Source: Bacteroidota bacterium (GTDB lineage Bacteria > Bacteroidota > Ignavibacteria > Kapaibacteriales > HRBIN21). Taken from it: a DNA stretch of 64,000 nt. This document shows positions 37,337-47,635 of this stretch, piece by piece. The stretch's first letter is position 1. The number at the start of each line of letters is the position of its first letter. The notes under the pieces were generated by a model, which saw only the letters and a list, made by a program, of their open reading frames with translations, searched no databases and was not told where the DNA came from. A program made the translations under genes and the position numbers. The stretch is taken from NCBI GenBank assembly GCA_030550275.1, contig JAUQPR010000001.1:177766-241765 (forward strand), given 5' to 3'.

Positions 37337-38671
37337 CTACTGCCGGCGCAACCGCACCGCAAACGCTCCATCGCAGTGTGCATGCCGATGCGGCAGGGTC
37401 TGCAGCATCCCATCGCGGCAGACCACCTCGGGAAGCCACTGCGTTGCCGGCTCTACGGTAAATTCCGGATGCTCCCGCAGGAAGCGCTCCACCTGTTGCT
37501 CGTTCTCCTCCGGCTCGATCGTGCAGGTGCTGTAGAGCAGCACACCTCCGGGGCGCACCAGGCGAGCGGCGTTCTGCAGAATCTCCCACTGGAGCTGCAC
37601 CAGTGCGGAGATGTCCTCTTCACGGCGATGCCACTTGATATCGGGCTTTTTAGCGATAGTACCCAGCCCCGAACAGGGCACATCCGCCAGCACACAGTCC
37701 GCCGGGGCAAGCGACACCGTCCGCGCATCGGCAACGTGGAAGCGCATGGGCGCCGCCACGCCCAATCGGCGCGCCTCCTGCTCGACCAAGCGCAGCCGCC
37801 CGGGATGGACATCCACGACCTCCAGGACCCCTTCGCCGCCCAGCCGCTCGGCAAGAGCACAGCTTTTGCCGCCCGGCGCAGCACACAAATCAATGACGCG
37901 CATGCCCGGCTGTACATCGGCAAGCTGCACGATGAGCACGGCACTGACATCCTGAACGCTTGCCCACCCGCGCTGCAGCACCTCCTGGAGCTGCTCATGG
38001 AGCAACTGCTCTGCAACGATGCACTGTGCGCAGTACGGCGAAATCCCCGCCGTTGCCCCTTTGGCTGTCAGCCAGCGGAGCAACTCCTCCGGCGAGCTCC
38101 GCTGCGGGTTGACCCGAAGTGTTGTGGGCGGTCGCTGGTTCTGCGCCTGCATCAGGGCAATAGCTTCCTCGCATCCGAAGCGCCTGCACCAGCGCCGCGC
38201 GATCCAATCCGGATAGGAGTACCATGTGGCGATATCCGCGCCCAGCGCCTCCGGTTGCAACTCCTTGCCCGCGTACTCCCGGAGCGCCTGCCGCAGCACG
38301 GCGTTGACCAACCTGGCTGCCCCCGTCCCCAACGGTTTGACCAGCTCGACCATCTGATGCACAACCGCGTACGGCGGAATCCGCTCCAGAAACAGGAGCT
38401 GATAGACCCCCATGGCAAGCGCCACCCGCAGCGGCAGCGGGTAGTAGCGCAATTCATTCTGCAGCAGCCGCTGCAGCAGGAACTCCAATCGCCGCTTCCA
38501 GCGCAGGACGCCATGGAGCAGCTCCGTCAGCAGCGCTCGCTCCCGCTCCTCCAACCGATGGCGACGGAGTGTGCTCTCCAGGAGGCGGTCAGCATATGCT
38601 CGGTCGCGCTCAATCCGAAGCAGCAGCTCCCAGGCAATCCGCCGTGCCGGAGAAACCGCCGGTGCATTCAT
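37337..38671 (-). CDS. rsmB: 16S rRNA (cytosine967-C5)-methyltransferase RsmB/Sun family
   Basis: N-terminal NusB-like domain (ARRIAWELLLRIERDRAYADRLLE); SAM-binding VIDLCAAPGGKSCALAE; catalytic Cys motifs (DVPCSGLG, LLYSTCTIEPEENE). Start at MNAPAVS (38671). Confidence 0.85.
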   Translation of the reverse strand: MNAPAVSPARRIAWELLLRIERDRAYADRLLESTLRRHRLEERERALLTELLHGVLRWKRRLEFLLQRLLQNELRYYPLPLRVALAMGVYQLLFLERIPPYAVVHQMVELVKPLGTGAARLVNAVLRQALREYAGKELQPEALGADIATWYSYPDWIARRWCRRFGCEEAIALMQAQNQRPPTTLRVNPQRSSPEELLRWLTAKGATAGISPYCAQCIVAEQLLHEQLQEVLQRGWASVQDVSAVLIVQLADVQPGMRVIDLCAAPGGKSCALAERLGGEGVLEVVDVHPGRLRLVEQEARRLGVAAPMRFHVADARTVSLAPADCVLADVPCSGLGTIAKKPDIKWHRREEDISALVQLQWEILQNAARLVRPGGVLLYSTCTIEPEENEQQVERFLREHPEFTVEPATQWLPEVVCRDGMLQTLPHRHAHCDGAFAVRLRRQ

Positions 38672-38732
38672 AGACTGCTCCTTTCGCGTTTTCGCTAAAT
38701 TGCGGTGTCGCACCATATCTGGCTCTGCCGCC

Positions 38733-39518
38733 ATGCTCATAGGACGATTGTGCGCCGTGGGCGTGATTGCTGTCTGCGCCGTCCTGGCGCAGGATCGCAG
38801 ACTTCCCGAGCAGCCCTCGCCGCTGGCTCCGGGCGGACGCGTATATCCCCCGGAGCTGAATCTCACCGTGGGGTTCGGCGGAGGCACCCAGTGGGGAAGC
38901 TTCGCCAGTAGCTGTTCGCGCCCATTCGAATACGGGCAGAGCAGCGCCTGGTTTGTGGGGCTCTCGTACGCCGCTCCACTGCTCCGCAGCGTGCTCTGGG
39001 GCAGCGGGGTGGGATTTCTCTCGGTGCGCTTGCGCTCCTCCTACCGCGAGCGCGAAGGGGTGCTGTTCACTGTGCAGGCAGACACGGTGCTGCTTCCGGT
39101 GGAATTCCGCAACTCCGCCAATCTCAGCATTCCACAGCTCCTGTGGATGCCCTTCCTGCGCTGGCATCCGAGTGAGTGGCTCGGGCTGACGGCAGGACCG
39201 CTCCTGGGGCTTGCCCTAAATCCACACGCGGAGTACACAAAGGAGCTGCTGCAGGATGCCCTCACACTACCGGACGGGCAAAGCGTTGCGCTCACCACTG
39301 CTCAGGGTCGCACCAGTGTGGTGGAGCGCAGTACAGCTTCTGCCCGTATTGTTGGAGCCCTTTGGGGGCAGGCAACCGCCGAGTTTCTCATTGCACCGGG
39401 ATGGTGGATGAGCCTCGGTGCGTTGGGAATGCTGCCGCTCTCAAGCCCTCTGCCGAGCCCGGCATCGCTCCGCCTTCCGCTGCTCCTGCTGACCGCGGGC
39501 ATTGGAGCAACACTGTAA
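38733..39518 (+). CDS. Hypothetical secreted / outer-membrane beta-barrel-like protein
   Basis: Signal peptide MLIGRLCAVGVIAVCAVLAQD, then alternating-hydrophobicity strands, C-terminal Leu-rich tail. Start at 38733 within track ORF 38571..39518. Confidence 0.5.
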   Translation: MLIGRLCAVGVIAVCAVLAQDRRLPEQPSPLAPGGRVYPPELNLTVGFGGGTQWGSFASSCSRPFEYGQSSAWFVGLSYAAPLLRSVLWGSGVGFLSVRLRSSYREREGVLFTVQADTVLLPVEFRNSANLSIPQLLWMPFLRWHPSEWLGLTAGPLLGLALNPHAEYTKELLQDALTLPDGQSVALTTAQGRTSVVERSTASARIVGALWGQATAEFLIAPGWWMSLGALGMLPLSSPLPSPASLRLPLLLLTAGIGATL

Positions 39519-39577
39519 GGTGGCGGTCTTGTAAATTTGTGGCAATCCGTAAGTGTCTAACACAGGGAAGCGAGCCG

Positions 39578-42259
39578 ATGCGTTACCATGCCTACCGCTG
39601 GATGGTGCTGTGGAGCGTTGTAGGAATTGCCATCGCTTACTCTACCGCACAGTCGCTGCAGCGCAGCTCACAAGTACCGAAGCCGGTCGTGGTTGAGAAC
39701 GACGACACTCCGCAACTGCACCTCTACGCCCTCCGCATCGAGCCCGTCCCCGCAGCGCAGCAGCAAGCTCCCCAACAGCAGGAGACTATCTTGGGCAGTC
39801 GGTACATCCGCATCATCAACCTGGGACCGGTTGTCAACTCCCCCGGGGTAGACTACGCTCCCACCGTCACTGCCGATGGGCGAACTCTTTACTTCGTCTC
39901 CAATCGTCCCGGGAGCAAGCGCCTGCCCGATGGCAAGTTCTCGCATGACTTCTGGGCAACGAAGAAGAAGGATCCGCTCGACACCATCTTCTCCCCGCCG
40001 TTCAACATTGACACCACGACCGAGCTGGGGGACCTGGGCGTCAACACTCGCTTCAATGAGGGTGTTGCCACTATCGCCGCCGACGGACGCACACTCTTCT
40101 TCACCGGCTGCAATCGCCCCGATGGACTGGGAAGCTGCGACATCTACGTCACCGAAATCGAGGGCGACCGCTGGGCACGTCCGCGCAACCTTGGTCCCAA
40201 CGTGAACTCCCCCTATTGGGATGCTCAACCCTCCATCGCGCCGGACAAGAGCCGGCTCTACTTCGTTTCCAATCGCCCCGGTCCGCACGGCGAGGGGAAC
40301 CTGGACATCTGGTACAGCGACTTCGACTTCGAGAAAGGCGAATGGAAGCCTGCGGTCAATCTCCGCGAGCTCAACACTCCCGGGCGGGAAGCCTCTCCGT
40401 TCATCGCTGCCGATAACCAAACGCTCTTCTTCGCCTCCGACGGGCACACACCGAACTTCGGCGGCTTGGATTTCTACGTGAGCCGGCGTCTGCCTGACGG
40501 AAGCTGGAGCAAGCCACAGAACCTCGGTCCGCCGATCAACACCAAAGAGGATGAGCTCTTCCTGACCCTTCCGGCTGCCGGCAATGTGCTCTACTTCAGC
40601 TCTAAGCGCACCGATCTGCCCGGCTACCAAGGCGACTACGACCTCTTCATGGCGTTCGTGCCCACCTTCTTCCGCGCCATCAACATCGTCGGGCGCGTCA
40701 TCGACGAATGCACAGGTGCGGATATCCCCGCCAAGATCACCATCCGGAACCCCATCACGAAGCGCGTGACCGAGGACACGGTCTCCGGTAGCGGCACCGC
40801 ACGGACGGAGTTCCAGTACGTCGTCAGCGCTACCGATTTCGGCGACCCCAGCGCGGGCATCAAGGAGTTCGACTTGGAGATCACCGCATTCAACCCCAAC
40901 TACGGAAGCGTGACGGAGAAGGTCCGCGTCGAGAAACCCGAAGAGGTCCGCTCCGAGGAGGAAGCCCAGAAGAGCTTGGAGATCCGAGTTGTGCTCAAGC
41001 TCGGGCAGCGCCCCGTCCTCCAAGCTCAGATTGAGCCAGCCGATTACGTCCTGCGTCGCGCCAAGGAGGATCCCTCCATTGCCAACTTCCGTGGTCTGGT
41101 CATGGAGGAGGTGGCTTCGGTCGAGCTCTTCCCGTTGCTCCACTACGTCTTCTTCGACGAGGGCTCGGCAAAGATTCCAGAGCGCTACGTGCTGTTCAGC
41201 TCGCCGGAGGAGACCGAGGGCTTCTCCGATGAGAGGATCCCCGGCGGCACACTCGAAAAGTACTACCACATCCTCAACATCTACGGCTACCGACTGCGGA
41301 AGAACCCGCGGGCAACACTGGAGATCGTCGGTTGCAACGATAGCAAAACGCCTGCCGAAAAGCGCCCCGGACTCTCGTTGGAGCGGGCGCGCGCGGTCTT
41401 CAACTACTTGCGCGACATCTGGGGCATCAGCGAATCGCGCATGAAGATCACCGTGCGCAACCTACCCCAAGTCCCCTCCAATCTCAACGACCCACAAGGC
41501 ATCGTGGAGAACCGACGCGTTGAGCTCATCTGCAACGATTGGGAGGTCGTCAAGCCCATTATCAGCCGCGATCCCAAGCGCTTCCCCTCCCCCGAGCAGA
41601 TGACCTTCCTGATGCGCAACGGCATCGAAGACGCCCTCGTTGCCAGCCGGCGAATTGAGATCACCCGCGGCGGGGCTTCCTGGCGAACGTTGACCGACAT
41701 CGGCACCACAGCCCCCTCCACCGTGTGGAACTGGACGAACGAGCGCGGAACCTATCCCGACGATGAAACCCCATATGTTGCCCGCCTAGTGGTGCGCAGC
41801 AAAAACGGGCAAGAGTGCGCCTCCGATCCCATCACGATTCCGGTCATGCAGGTATCCACAGAGCGCAAGAAGATCGAACGCCTAGCGGACCGCACGCTGG
41901 AGCGCTATAACCTGATCCTCTTCCCCTTCGACCGCTACGATGCCGGACCGCTCAATGAGCGCATCCTGCGGGAGTACGTTTTCCCGCGTGTCTTCCCCAA
42001 CTCGACCATCGAGGTCGTCGGGCATACCGATGTCGTGGGACTCTACGACCACAACAAGACGCTCTCGGAAAATCGCGCACGGACCGTCGCGCGCGCCATC
42101 GAGCAGTATGCCAAAGGACGCTACCAGAGCTTGACGGCACGGGGCGTTGGGGAGGACGACCCGCTCTACACGAACGACCTCCCCGAAGGGCGCTTCTACA
42201 ACCGCACGGTGCAGATTCTCATCAGCACGCCGATTGAAGCCGGCGGTGTAGCCCCGTAA
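39578..42259 (+). CDS. OmpA-family protein with N-terminal TolB-like PD40 beta-propeller repeats
   Basis: Signal peptide; repeated PD40-like units (YAPTVTADGRTLYFVSNRPG, SIAPDKSRLYFVSNRPGPHG, ADNQTLFFASDG); two OmpA-like C-terminal modules (LEIVGCNDSKTPAEKRPGLSLERARAVFNYL...NRRVELI and IEVVGHTDVVGLYDHNKTLSENRARTVARAI...NRTVQILIS). Confidence 0.8.
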   Translation: MRYHAYRWMVLWSVVGIAIAYSTAQSLQRSSQVPKPVVVENDDTPQLHLYALRIEPVPAAQQQAPQQQETILGSRYIRIINLGPVVNSPGVDYAPTVTADGRTLYFVSNRPGSKRLPDGKFSHDFWATKKKDPLDTIFSPPFNIDTTTELGDLGVNTRFNEGVATIAADGRTLFFTGCNRPDGLGSCDIYVTEIEGDRWARPRNLGPNVNSPYWDAQPSIAPDKSRLYFVSNRPGPHGEGNLDIWYSDFDFEKGEWKPAVNLRELNTPGREASPFIAADNQTLFFASDGHTPNFGGLDFYVSRRLPDGSWSKPQNLGPPINTKEDELFLTLPAAGNVLYFSSKRTDLPGYQGDYDLFMAFVPTFFRAINIVGRVIDECTGADIPAKITIRNPITKRVTEDTVSGSGTARTEFQYVVSATDFGDPSAGIKEFDLEITAFNPNYGSVTEKVRVEKPEEVRSEEEAQKSLEIRVVLKLGQRPVLQAQIEPADYVLRRAKEDPSIANFRGLVMEEVASVELFPLLHYVFFDEGSAKIPERYVLFSSPEETEGFSDERIPGGTLEKYYHILNIYGYRLRKNPRATLEIVGCNDSKTPAEKRPGLSLERARAVFNYLRDIWGISESRMKITVRNLPQVPSNLNDPQGIVENRRVELICNDWEVVKPIISRDPKRFPSPEQMTFLMRNGIEDALVASRRIEITRGGASWRTLTDIGTTAPSTVWNWTNERGTYPDDETPYVARLVVRSKNGQECASDPITIPVMQVSTERKKIERLADRTLERYNLILFPFDRYDAGPLNERILREYVFPRVFPNSTIEVVGHTDVVGLYDHNKTLSENRARTVARAIEQYAKGRYQSLTARGVGEDDPLYTNDLPEGRFYNRTVQILISTPIEAGGVAP

Positions 42260-42271
42260 TCCGGCACGGCG

Positions 42272-43009
42272 GTGTCCTCCGCGCCTGCCCTATGGGTTGG
42301 CACCAGCGGGTGGAGCTACCGCGAGTGGCGCGGCACATGGTATCCTCCGGAGCTGCCCAGAAGCCGGTGGCTCCCTTTTTATGCCGAGCGCTTCGCGACG
42401 GTCGAGCTCAACAGCAGCTTCTATCGGCTTCCCCGACCGGAGCAGCTCCAGCGCTGGGCGGCAAATGTGCAGGAGGGGTTTCTCTTTGCTGTCAAAGCCC
42501 CACGCCAAATCACCCACGAGCAGCGCCTCCAGCACTGCGACGAGCTCGTGCGCGAATTCCTCCAGCGCATCACCCTCCTGGGCAAGCGGCTGGGACCAAT
42601 CCTGTGGCAGCTCCCTCCAAACCTCCCGTGGCACCCCGGTGTGCTCGAGCAGTTCCTTGCCCTCTTGCCCGAAAGCTCTCGCTACGCAGTGGAATTCCGC
42701 CATCCCTCCTGGGACCGCCCCGAGGTGTGGGAACTCCTGCGCAGCCGCGGCATTGCTACCGTCTGGAGCAGCTCGCTGCGGTATCCGCTGTTCCTGCAGG
42801 CGACGGCGGACTTTCTCTACCTCCGCTTTCACGGCTTGCACGGGGGTTTTGCACACCGCTACACCCGAGAGGAGCTCCTGCCATGGGTTGAGCGCGTGTG
42901 TACGGCGCTACGGCAGGGGATGAGCGTGTACGCCTACTTCAACAACACCGCAGGCGGTGCCGCTGAGGATGCTGCCCACTTCCGCACGCTGGTGCTCCAG
43001 CACCTATGA
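42272..43009 (+). CDS. DUF72 family protein (YecE-like)
   Basis: LWVGTSGWSYREWRGTWYP...ELNSSFYRLP...ILWQLPPN is characteristic of DUF72. Confidence 0.8.
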   Translation: MSSAPALWVGTSGWSYREWRGTWYPPELPRSRWLPFYAERFATVELNSSFYRLPRPEQLQRWAANVQEGFLFAVKAPRQITHEQRLQHCDELVREFLQRITLLGKRLGPILWQLPPNLPWHPGVLEQFLALLPESSRYAVEFRHPSWDRPEVWELLRSRGIATVWSSSLRYPLFLQATADFLYLRFHGLHGGFAHRYTREELLPWVERVCTALRQGMSVYAYFNNTAGGAAEDAAHFRTLVLQHL

Positions 43010-44800
43010 GGGACGCTGCCGCAGCGATTGAATCCGCTCCTGCACCTGCCGCGTGTAGATCGAGCCAGGATAGCGCAGCAGGAGCTGCTGGTACAACTGC
43101 AGTGCCTCTGGAAAGCGTTGCTGCTGCTCGGCAATCTGCCCCAACAGCAGGAGCGCGCGGTCACCGTAGAGCACATCGTCGTAGTTTGCCAGGTAGCGGT
43201 TCACAATCTGCTGCGCCTCCTCGAGTTTGCCGTGTGCGATGGCGCTTTCGGCGGCTCGGATGAGCGCAAACTCCGCAAGCGGATGGTCTCCAGCAGCCTC
43301 AGCAACGGCGAGGAATTCCACTTGAGCACGAGCGTACTCGCGCTGGAAGGCAAAGAACTCCGCGCGCCCAAGGCGCTTGAGCAGCTCCTCGGATACCGTT
43401 CGGGCTTGCTCAAACACCTGCAATCGCTGCAGTGCATCGTTGGCAACGGGGCTCTCCGGACGGAGCGCCAGCACACTGTAGTGCGCTTGTGCGCTATCGA
43501 GCCGCCCGCGGTAGAACTCCAGCTCCGCCAGCCAGTAGCGCGCCCAGAGCGCCCAATCGGGAGCGATGGAATCGCTCTGCCAGATGACCGCACGCAGCAG
43601 GGATTCCGCCTGCTCCATCTGACCCTGCCGGAGTGCCATTTTCGCGCGCTCGACCATCGCTGCCATCGCCCACGGGGTGTGCCGGAAGTCCCGCATCAAG
43701 CGCTCCAGAGCCGATTGCGCGGCAACAGCGTCCCCGGCAACGTCGTTGAGGAAGCGGGCAAAGCTGTAGAGCACCTCCGCAGTGATGGGGAGGCGCTCCG
43801 ACTGCGCCAGCAGCTCCTGGTAGAGCCGCTGAATGCGGCGCCGCAGCGCAGGGTCCATTGCACCTGGCTGCGGGAGCTGCTGCAAGGTCTGGATGTAGCC
43901 GTAGAGTGCTTTGAGGCGAAGTTCGCGCGCCAGCTCGCCCATCTGGAGCAGCTCCTCGTAGGCTTGCCGAGCCGTCTCCAGGCGCTCTGCCCGATACATG
44001 CGCTCGGCGAAGGCGAGCAGCTCCATTCCACCGGCACCAAGCCGGCGGTCCAATTCCCGAACCGCCTGCAGCGCTTGGGCATCCTCGCCCTGCTCCTCCA
44101 GGAACCACACCCACACGTACTGCACCAGGGTGTCGCTCCGGTACTGACGGCTCCATCGCTGCAGAATCGTGCGCACGCGCTCCACCGCACCCGGGAACGC
44201 CAAATACAGCAGCAGCCGAGCTTGGAGCGCAGCGAAATCCCGATGGGTCCGCCCCCACTGGAGCGTGGATTCCACCCCCAGCTCAAGCTTGCCAACACGC
44301 ACTGCCCACGCGCTGAGCTCATCGGCAAAGAGCGTATCGTTGCCCAAGCGCGAACGCCCCTCCTGTAAGGTCTGGAGCGCCTCTTCGACCAATTGCAGCT
44401 CGTACTGCGAGCGGGCAACTGCCCGGTAGGCATCCGGATGTCTGGACTGCAACCCCTGCTGCCAGGCTCGAAGTGCTTCAGCACGCCTACCGGTTCGCCA
44501 GTACAGCTCGCCCAGTAGCGCTGTAAACAGGGGGCTGGGCGAATGCTGCACGTACTGCTCCACCACCGGCAACGCCTCGGCAGCACGCCCCAACTTCACG
44601 AGGTTGCGGCTGAGCCCATGCACACATGCCGAATCCAACATCCGTTGGCATAGCTCGCGGTAGAGGCGCGCGGCTCCTTCGTAGTCTCCTACGGACTCCA
44701 ACACCGCCGCCCGCTGAAGCTGCGCTGTGCGCTCCTGCTGCGCCCATAGTGCCCCGGCGTACAGTGCCACCAGAGCGTATCGCCACCAGCGTTGCATCAC
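43004..44800 (-). CDS. Tetratricopeptide-repeat protein with signal peptide
   Basis: MMQRWWRYALVALYAGALWAQQ leader, then multiple 34-residue TPR-like repeats (W-LG-Y-A-F-A-P pattern throughout). 598 aa. Confidence 0.75.
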   Translation of the reverse strand: MMQRWWRYALVALYAGALWAQQERTAQLQRAAVLESVGDYEGAARLYRELCQRMLDSACVHGLSRNLVKLGRAAEALPVVEQYVQHSPSPLFTALLGELYWRTGRRAEALRAWQQGLQSRHPDAYRAVARSQYELQLVEEALQTLQEGRSRLGNDTLFADELSAWAVRVGKLELGVESTLQWGRTHRDFAALQARLLLYLAFPGAVERVRTILQRWSRQYRSDTLVQYVWVWFLEEQGEDAQALQAVRELDRRLGAGGMELLAFAERMYRAERLETARQAYEELLQMGELARELRLKALYGYIQTLQQLPQPGAMDPALRRRIQRLYQELLAQSERLPITAEVLYSFARFLNDVAGDAVAAQSALERLMRDFRHTPWAMAAMVERAKMALRQGQMEQAESLLRAVIWQSDSIAPDWALWARYWLAELEFYRGRLDSAQAHYSVLALRPESPVANDALQRLQVFEQARTVSEELLKRLGRAEFFAFQREYARAQVEFLAVAEAAGDHPLAEFALIRAAESAIAHGKLEEAQQIVNRYLANYDDVLYGDRALLLLGQIAEQQQRFPEALQLYQQLLLRYPGSIYTRQVQERIQSLRQRPS

Positions 44801-44801
44801 A

Positions 44802-46004
44802 CTACTGCCAATGTTCCGCGAGCAAGGGGATAAGACGCTGCTGCAGCGGCTGCGGGTGCACCTCCGCGCAATCGTGCCAGAGCAGCAGATCCACCTCCGT
44901 GCGCATGCCGAACTCGCCCGCCCGGTAGATGCCGGGCTCGATTGTCACGGCTGTTCCTGGCAGCAGACGTCGGGTATCGTGCGTTTCGTAATCGTCCAAG
45001 TTCGCGCCGGCGCCGTGGACTTCGGTCCCCAAACTGTGTCCTGTGCGATGGAGGAACTCCTTGGCATATCCGGCAGCGGCAAGCAGTTGCCGCACGTGGC
45101 GGTCCACCTGGTAGCCAGCGATAGGCTCTCGGCGGGCAACTGCACTGGTGATGAGCTCGATTGCAGCATCGCGTGCAGCGCACAGCTTTGCAAACGGCTC
45201 GGCAAAGCGATCCGGCGCAATTTCGCCGGCGTACGCCATCCAGGTGATATCGGCGTAGAGCGCATCGGGCGCGTTGGGCTTTGCCCAGATGTCAATGAGC
45301 ACCAGGTCGCCCAGCCGAATCGGCGCCGTATCCTGCGCTGTGGGAGCGTAGTGCGGATTGGCTGCCCGCTCTGTGCGCGCAACGATGGGGGGATGGTCGG
45401 TCACCAACCCTTGCTGCCGCAGCCGTTGCAGCAGGAGCTGCTGCACAGCGTACTCCTGCGGTGATTCCCCACGGCGAAGCTGCTCTCCAATCCAGGCGAA
45501 CGCCTCCCAGACCAGCACCCGAAGCTGCTGCGCCGTCTCCGCAAGCTGGCGCAGCTGCTGCTCCGAATGGACCGCCAGGAGCTCCTGCACCAGGTCTGCC
45601 GATGAATGCAGCTCCGCCCCGAAGAAGCGCAGCAGCTCCACTGTGCCGCCGTCCACAAGGGAGATGGTGGGCAATTCGCCCCGAGGGGAGTACTCCAGCG
45701 CCAGACGCCGGTAGCGCTGCACCCACTCGTGCAGCACCCGCTGCCACTCTCCGTAGGTGGCGTAGAGCCGCTCCCGTGCCGGCACATCCTGCAGCACATG
45801 CGGCTCCACGCGGTGGAGCAGCTTCTCCGGCTGCCCCTGTGCAGGGATGAGCACTGCCCAGCGCCGCGTACAGTGCAGCGTGGGGTCGAGCCCTAATACC
45901 TGGTAGGCAATCGGGTTGGAGTGGCGGAAATCGCACAGCAGCCACGCTGGCAGCTCGTAGCGCTGCAGGAGCGCCTGCAGCCGCTGAAGCCGAGTCTCAT
46001 CCAT
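44802..46004 (-). CDS. M24-family metallopeptidase (Xaa-Pro aminopeptidase/prolidase-like)
   Basis: Pita-bread-fold metal ligands: GYAKEFLHRTGHSLGTEVHG, VTIEPGIY, N-terminal creatinase-like domain. 400 aa. Confidence 0.8.
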   Translation of the reverse strand: MDETRLQRLQALLQRYELPAWLLCDFRHSNPIAYQVLGLDPTLHCTRRWAVLIPAQGQPEKLLHRVEPHVLQDVPARERLYATYGEWQRVLHEWVQRYRRLALEYSPRGELPTISLVDGGTVELLRFFGAELHSSADLVQELLAVHSEQQLRQLAETAQQLRVLVWEAFAWIGEQLRRGESPQEYAVQQLLLQRLRQQGLVTDHPPIVARTERAANPHYAPTAQDTAPIRLGDLVLIDIWAKPNAPDALYADITWMAYAGEIAPDRFAEPFAKLCAARDAAIELITSAVARREPIAGYQVDRHVRQLLAAAGYAKEFLHRTGHSLGTEVHGAGANLDDYETHDTRRLLPGTAVTIEPGIYRAGEFGMRTEVDLLLWHDCAEVHPQPLQQRLIPLLAEHWQ

Positions 46005-46005
46005 T

Positions 46006-47520
46006 CTACAGCCGTTCCAGGACGGCGCTCAATTGCTCTTTACGCTTGACCAGCGCTTGGTAGAGCTCGACGTACCGGCTGGCAGCGGCGCGCCAGGAGA
46101 ACTCCTTCTGCATCCCGTTGCGCACAAGCTGCAGCCATAGCTCCGGCTGCCGGTACAGCGCCAGCGCTCGCCGAATCGCCTCCAGGAGTGCTTCGCCCGT
46201 GTAGGGCTGGAAGACAATTCCGGTGCCCGTGCCCGTCTCCGGGTTGAAGTCCTCCACCGTGTCGCGCAATCCGCCCGTTGCCCGCACGATTGGGACCGTG
46301 CCGTAGAGCATCGAGTACATTTGGTTCTGCCCACAGGGCTCCTGCCGCGAGGGCATCAGGAACATATCCGCCCCCGCCTCGATGAGGTGCGCCAGGGCTT
46401 CATCGAAGCCAAGGTGAAGCCCAAAGCGGCGTGGGAACTGCTTGTGCAGCTTCTGGAGCGCCGTGCGGTACTCCGGCAGCCCATCGCCCAGGAACACTAT
46501 CTGCACGTTCTCCTCCGAAAGCAGCTTCGGCGCCACCTCCAGAAAGAGGTCAATGCCCTTGACCGGGTGCAGCCGCGTGATCATCCCAATGACCGGAACA
46601 GCCGGATCGTAGCGCAGCTCAAAGCGCTGCAGCAGGGCTTGTTTATTGCGCTGCTTCGGGCTCAGGTCCTCCACACCGTAGCGGTAGGGGATGTAGCTAT
46701 CGGTGCGCGGGTTCCATACGTTGGTGTCCACCCCATTGAGGATGCCGACGAAGCTCGATGCATGCCGCTCGCGGAGCACCTCCTCGATGCCGTTGCACTC
46801 GACCTCTCCGCCGAGCAGCTCACGGGCATAGGTGGGGCTGACGGTGGTAACGCACTCGGAGAACTCCAGCGCTGCCTTGAGGAAGTTCACCTGCCCGCGA
46901 TGGAGCAAGCGCTCGTAAGCCTCCGCCGGAAGCCCAGTCTTGGGCAGCGACTCCTCCGGGAAGATGCCCTGTTCGGCGCAGTTGTGGATGGTGAAGACCA
47001 GGCGCGTCTTCCGGAATTCGTGGGGGTAGAGGGTGCGCACATACGCCAGCACCAGCCCCGTCTGCCAATCGTTGCAGTGGATGACGTCGGGAAACCAGCG
47101 CAGGAAGTGGCACATCTCCACAACGGAGCGGCAGAAGAAGATGAAGCGCTCATCGTTGTCCGCGTACGGCACCCCGGTGTGCGGATCGGCGTAGAGCCCC
47201 TTGCGGTTGTCGAAGTAGGGGTAGTTCGTCGTCACGTACACTTGAGCGCGCGTCCGGGGGTTTTGCAGCGTGGAGGATTTGATCGTGGCAATCTCGACGC
47301 GCTCGCCCACGGGGATTTCGATTGCGCGCAGCCGCTTGATCTCGTGAATGTGGTTCTTCCGTTCGCTCACACACCCGTACTTGGGCAGCATCACGCGCAC
47401 ATCCACCCCCAGCTCCCGCAGTGCCATCACCAGCCCGTACGAGACATCTGCCAACCCCCCTGTCTTGGCGAACGGATAGACCTCAGCCGACACGAAAAGA
47501 ACGCTCAGCGCTCGCCCCAT
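46006..47520 (-). CDS. glgA: Glycogen (starch) synthase, GT5
   Basis: VLFVSAEVYPFAKTGGLADV (KTGGL motif), typical GlgA length and C-terminal GT-B domain. Confidence 0.9.
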   Translation of the reverse strand: MGRALSVLFVSAEVYPFAKTGGLADVSYGLVMALRELGVDVRVMLPKYGCVSERKNHIHEIKRLRAIEIPVGERVEIATIKSSTLQNPRTRAQVYVTTNYPYFDNRKGLYADPHTGVPYADNDERFIFFCRSVVEMCHFLRWFPDVIHCNDWQTGLVLAYVRTLYPHEFRKTRLVFTIHNCAEQGIFPEESLPKTGLPAEAYERLLHRGQVNFLKAALEFSECVTTVSPTYARELLGGEVECNGIEEVLRERHASSFVGILNGVDTNVWNPRTDSYIPYRYGVEDLSPKQRNKQALLQRFELRYDPAVPVIGMITRLHPVKGIDLFLEVAPKLLSEENVQIVFLGDGLPEYRTALQKLHKQFPRRFGLHLGFDEALAHLIEAGADMFLMPSRQEPCGQNQMYSMLYGTVPIVRATGGLRDTVEDFNPETGTGTGIVFQPYTGEALLEAIRRALALYRQPELWLQLVRNGMQKEFSWRAAASRYVELYQALVKRKEQLSAVLERL

Positions 47521-47635
47521 TCACTTACGGGTTTGTTCGGGCAGACGATTCCAAAGTCGCTTGCAAAATTAGCAAAAACGCACCCTTCCCGCAGCAGAAG
47601 CGCCGCAGGACGCCCTCTCCAGCACTTCGGTGAGC

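Noticed and set aside
36827-38698. 623-aa plus-strand ORF antisense to murI/rsmB
   Set aside because: Antisense to two well-supported genes; Arg/His/Pro-rich low-complexity translation; high-GC frame artifact.
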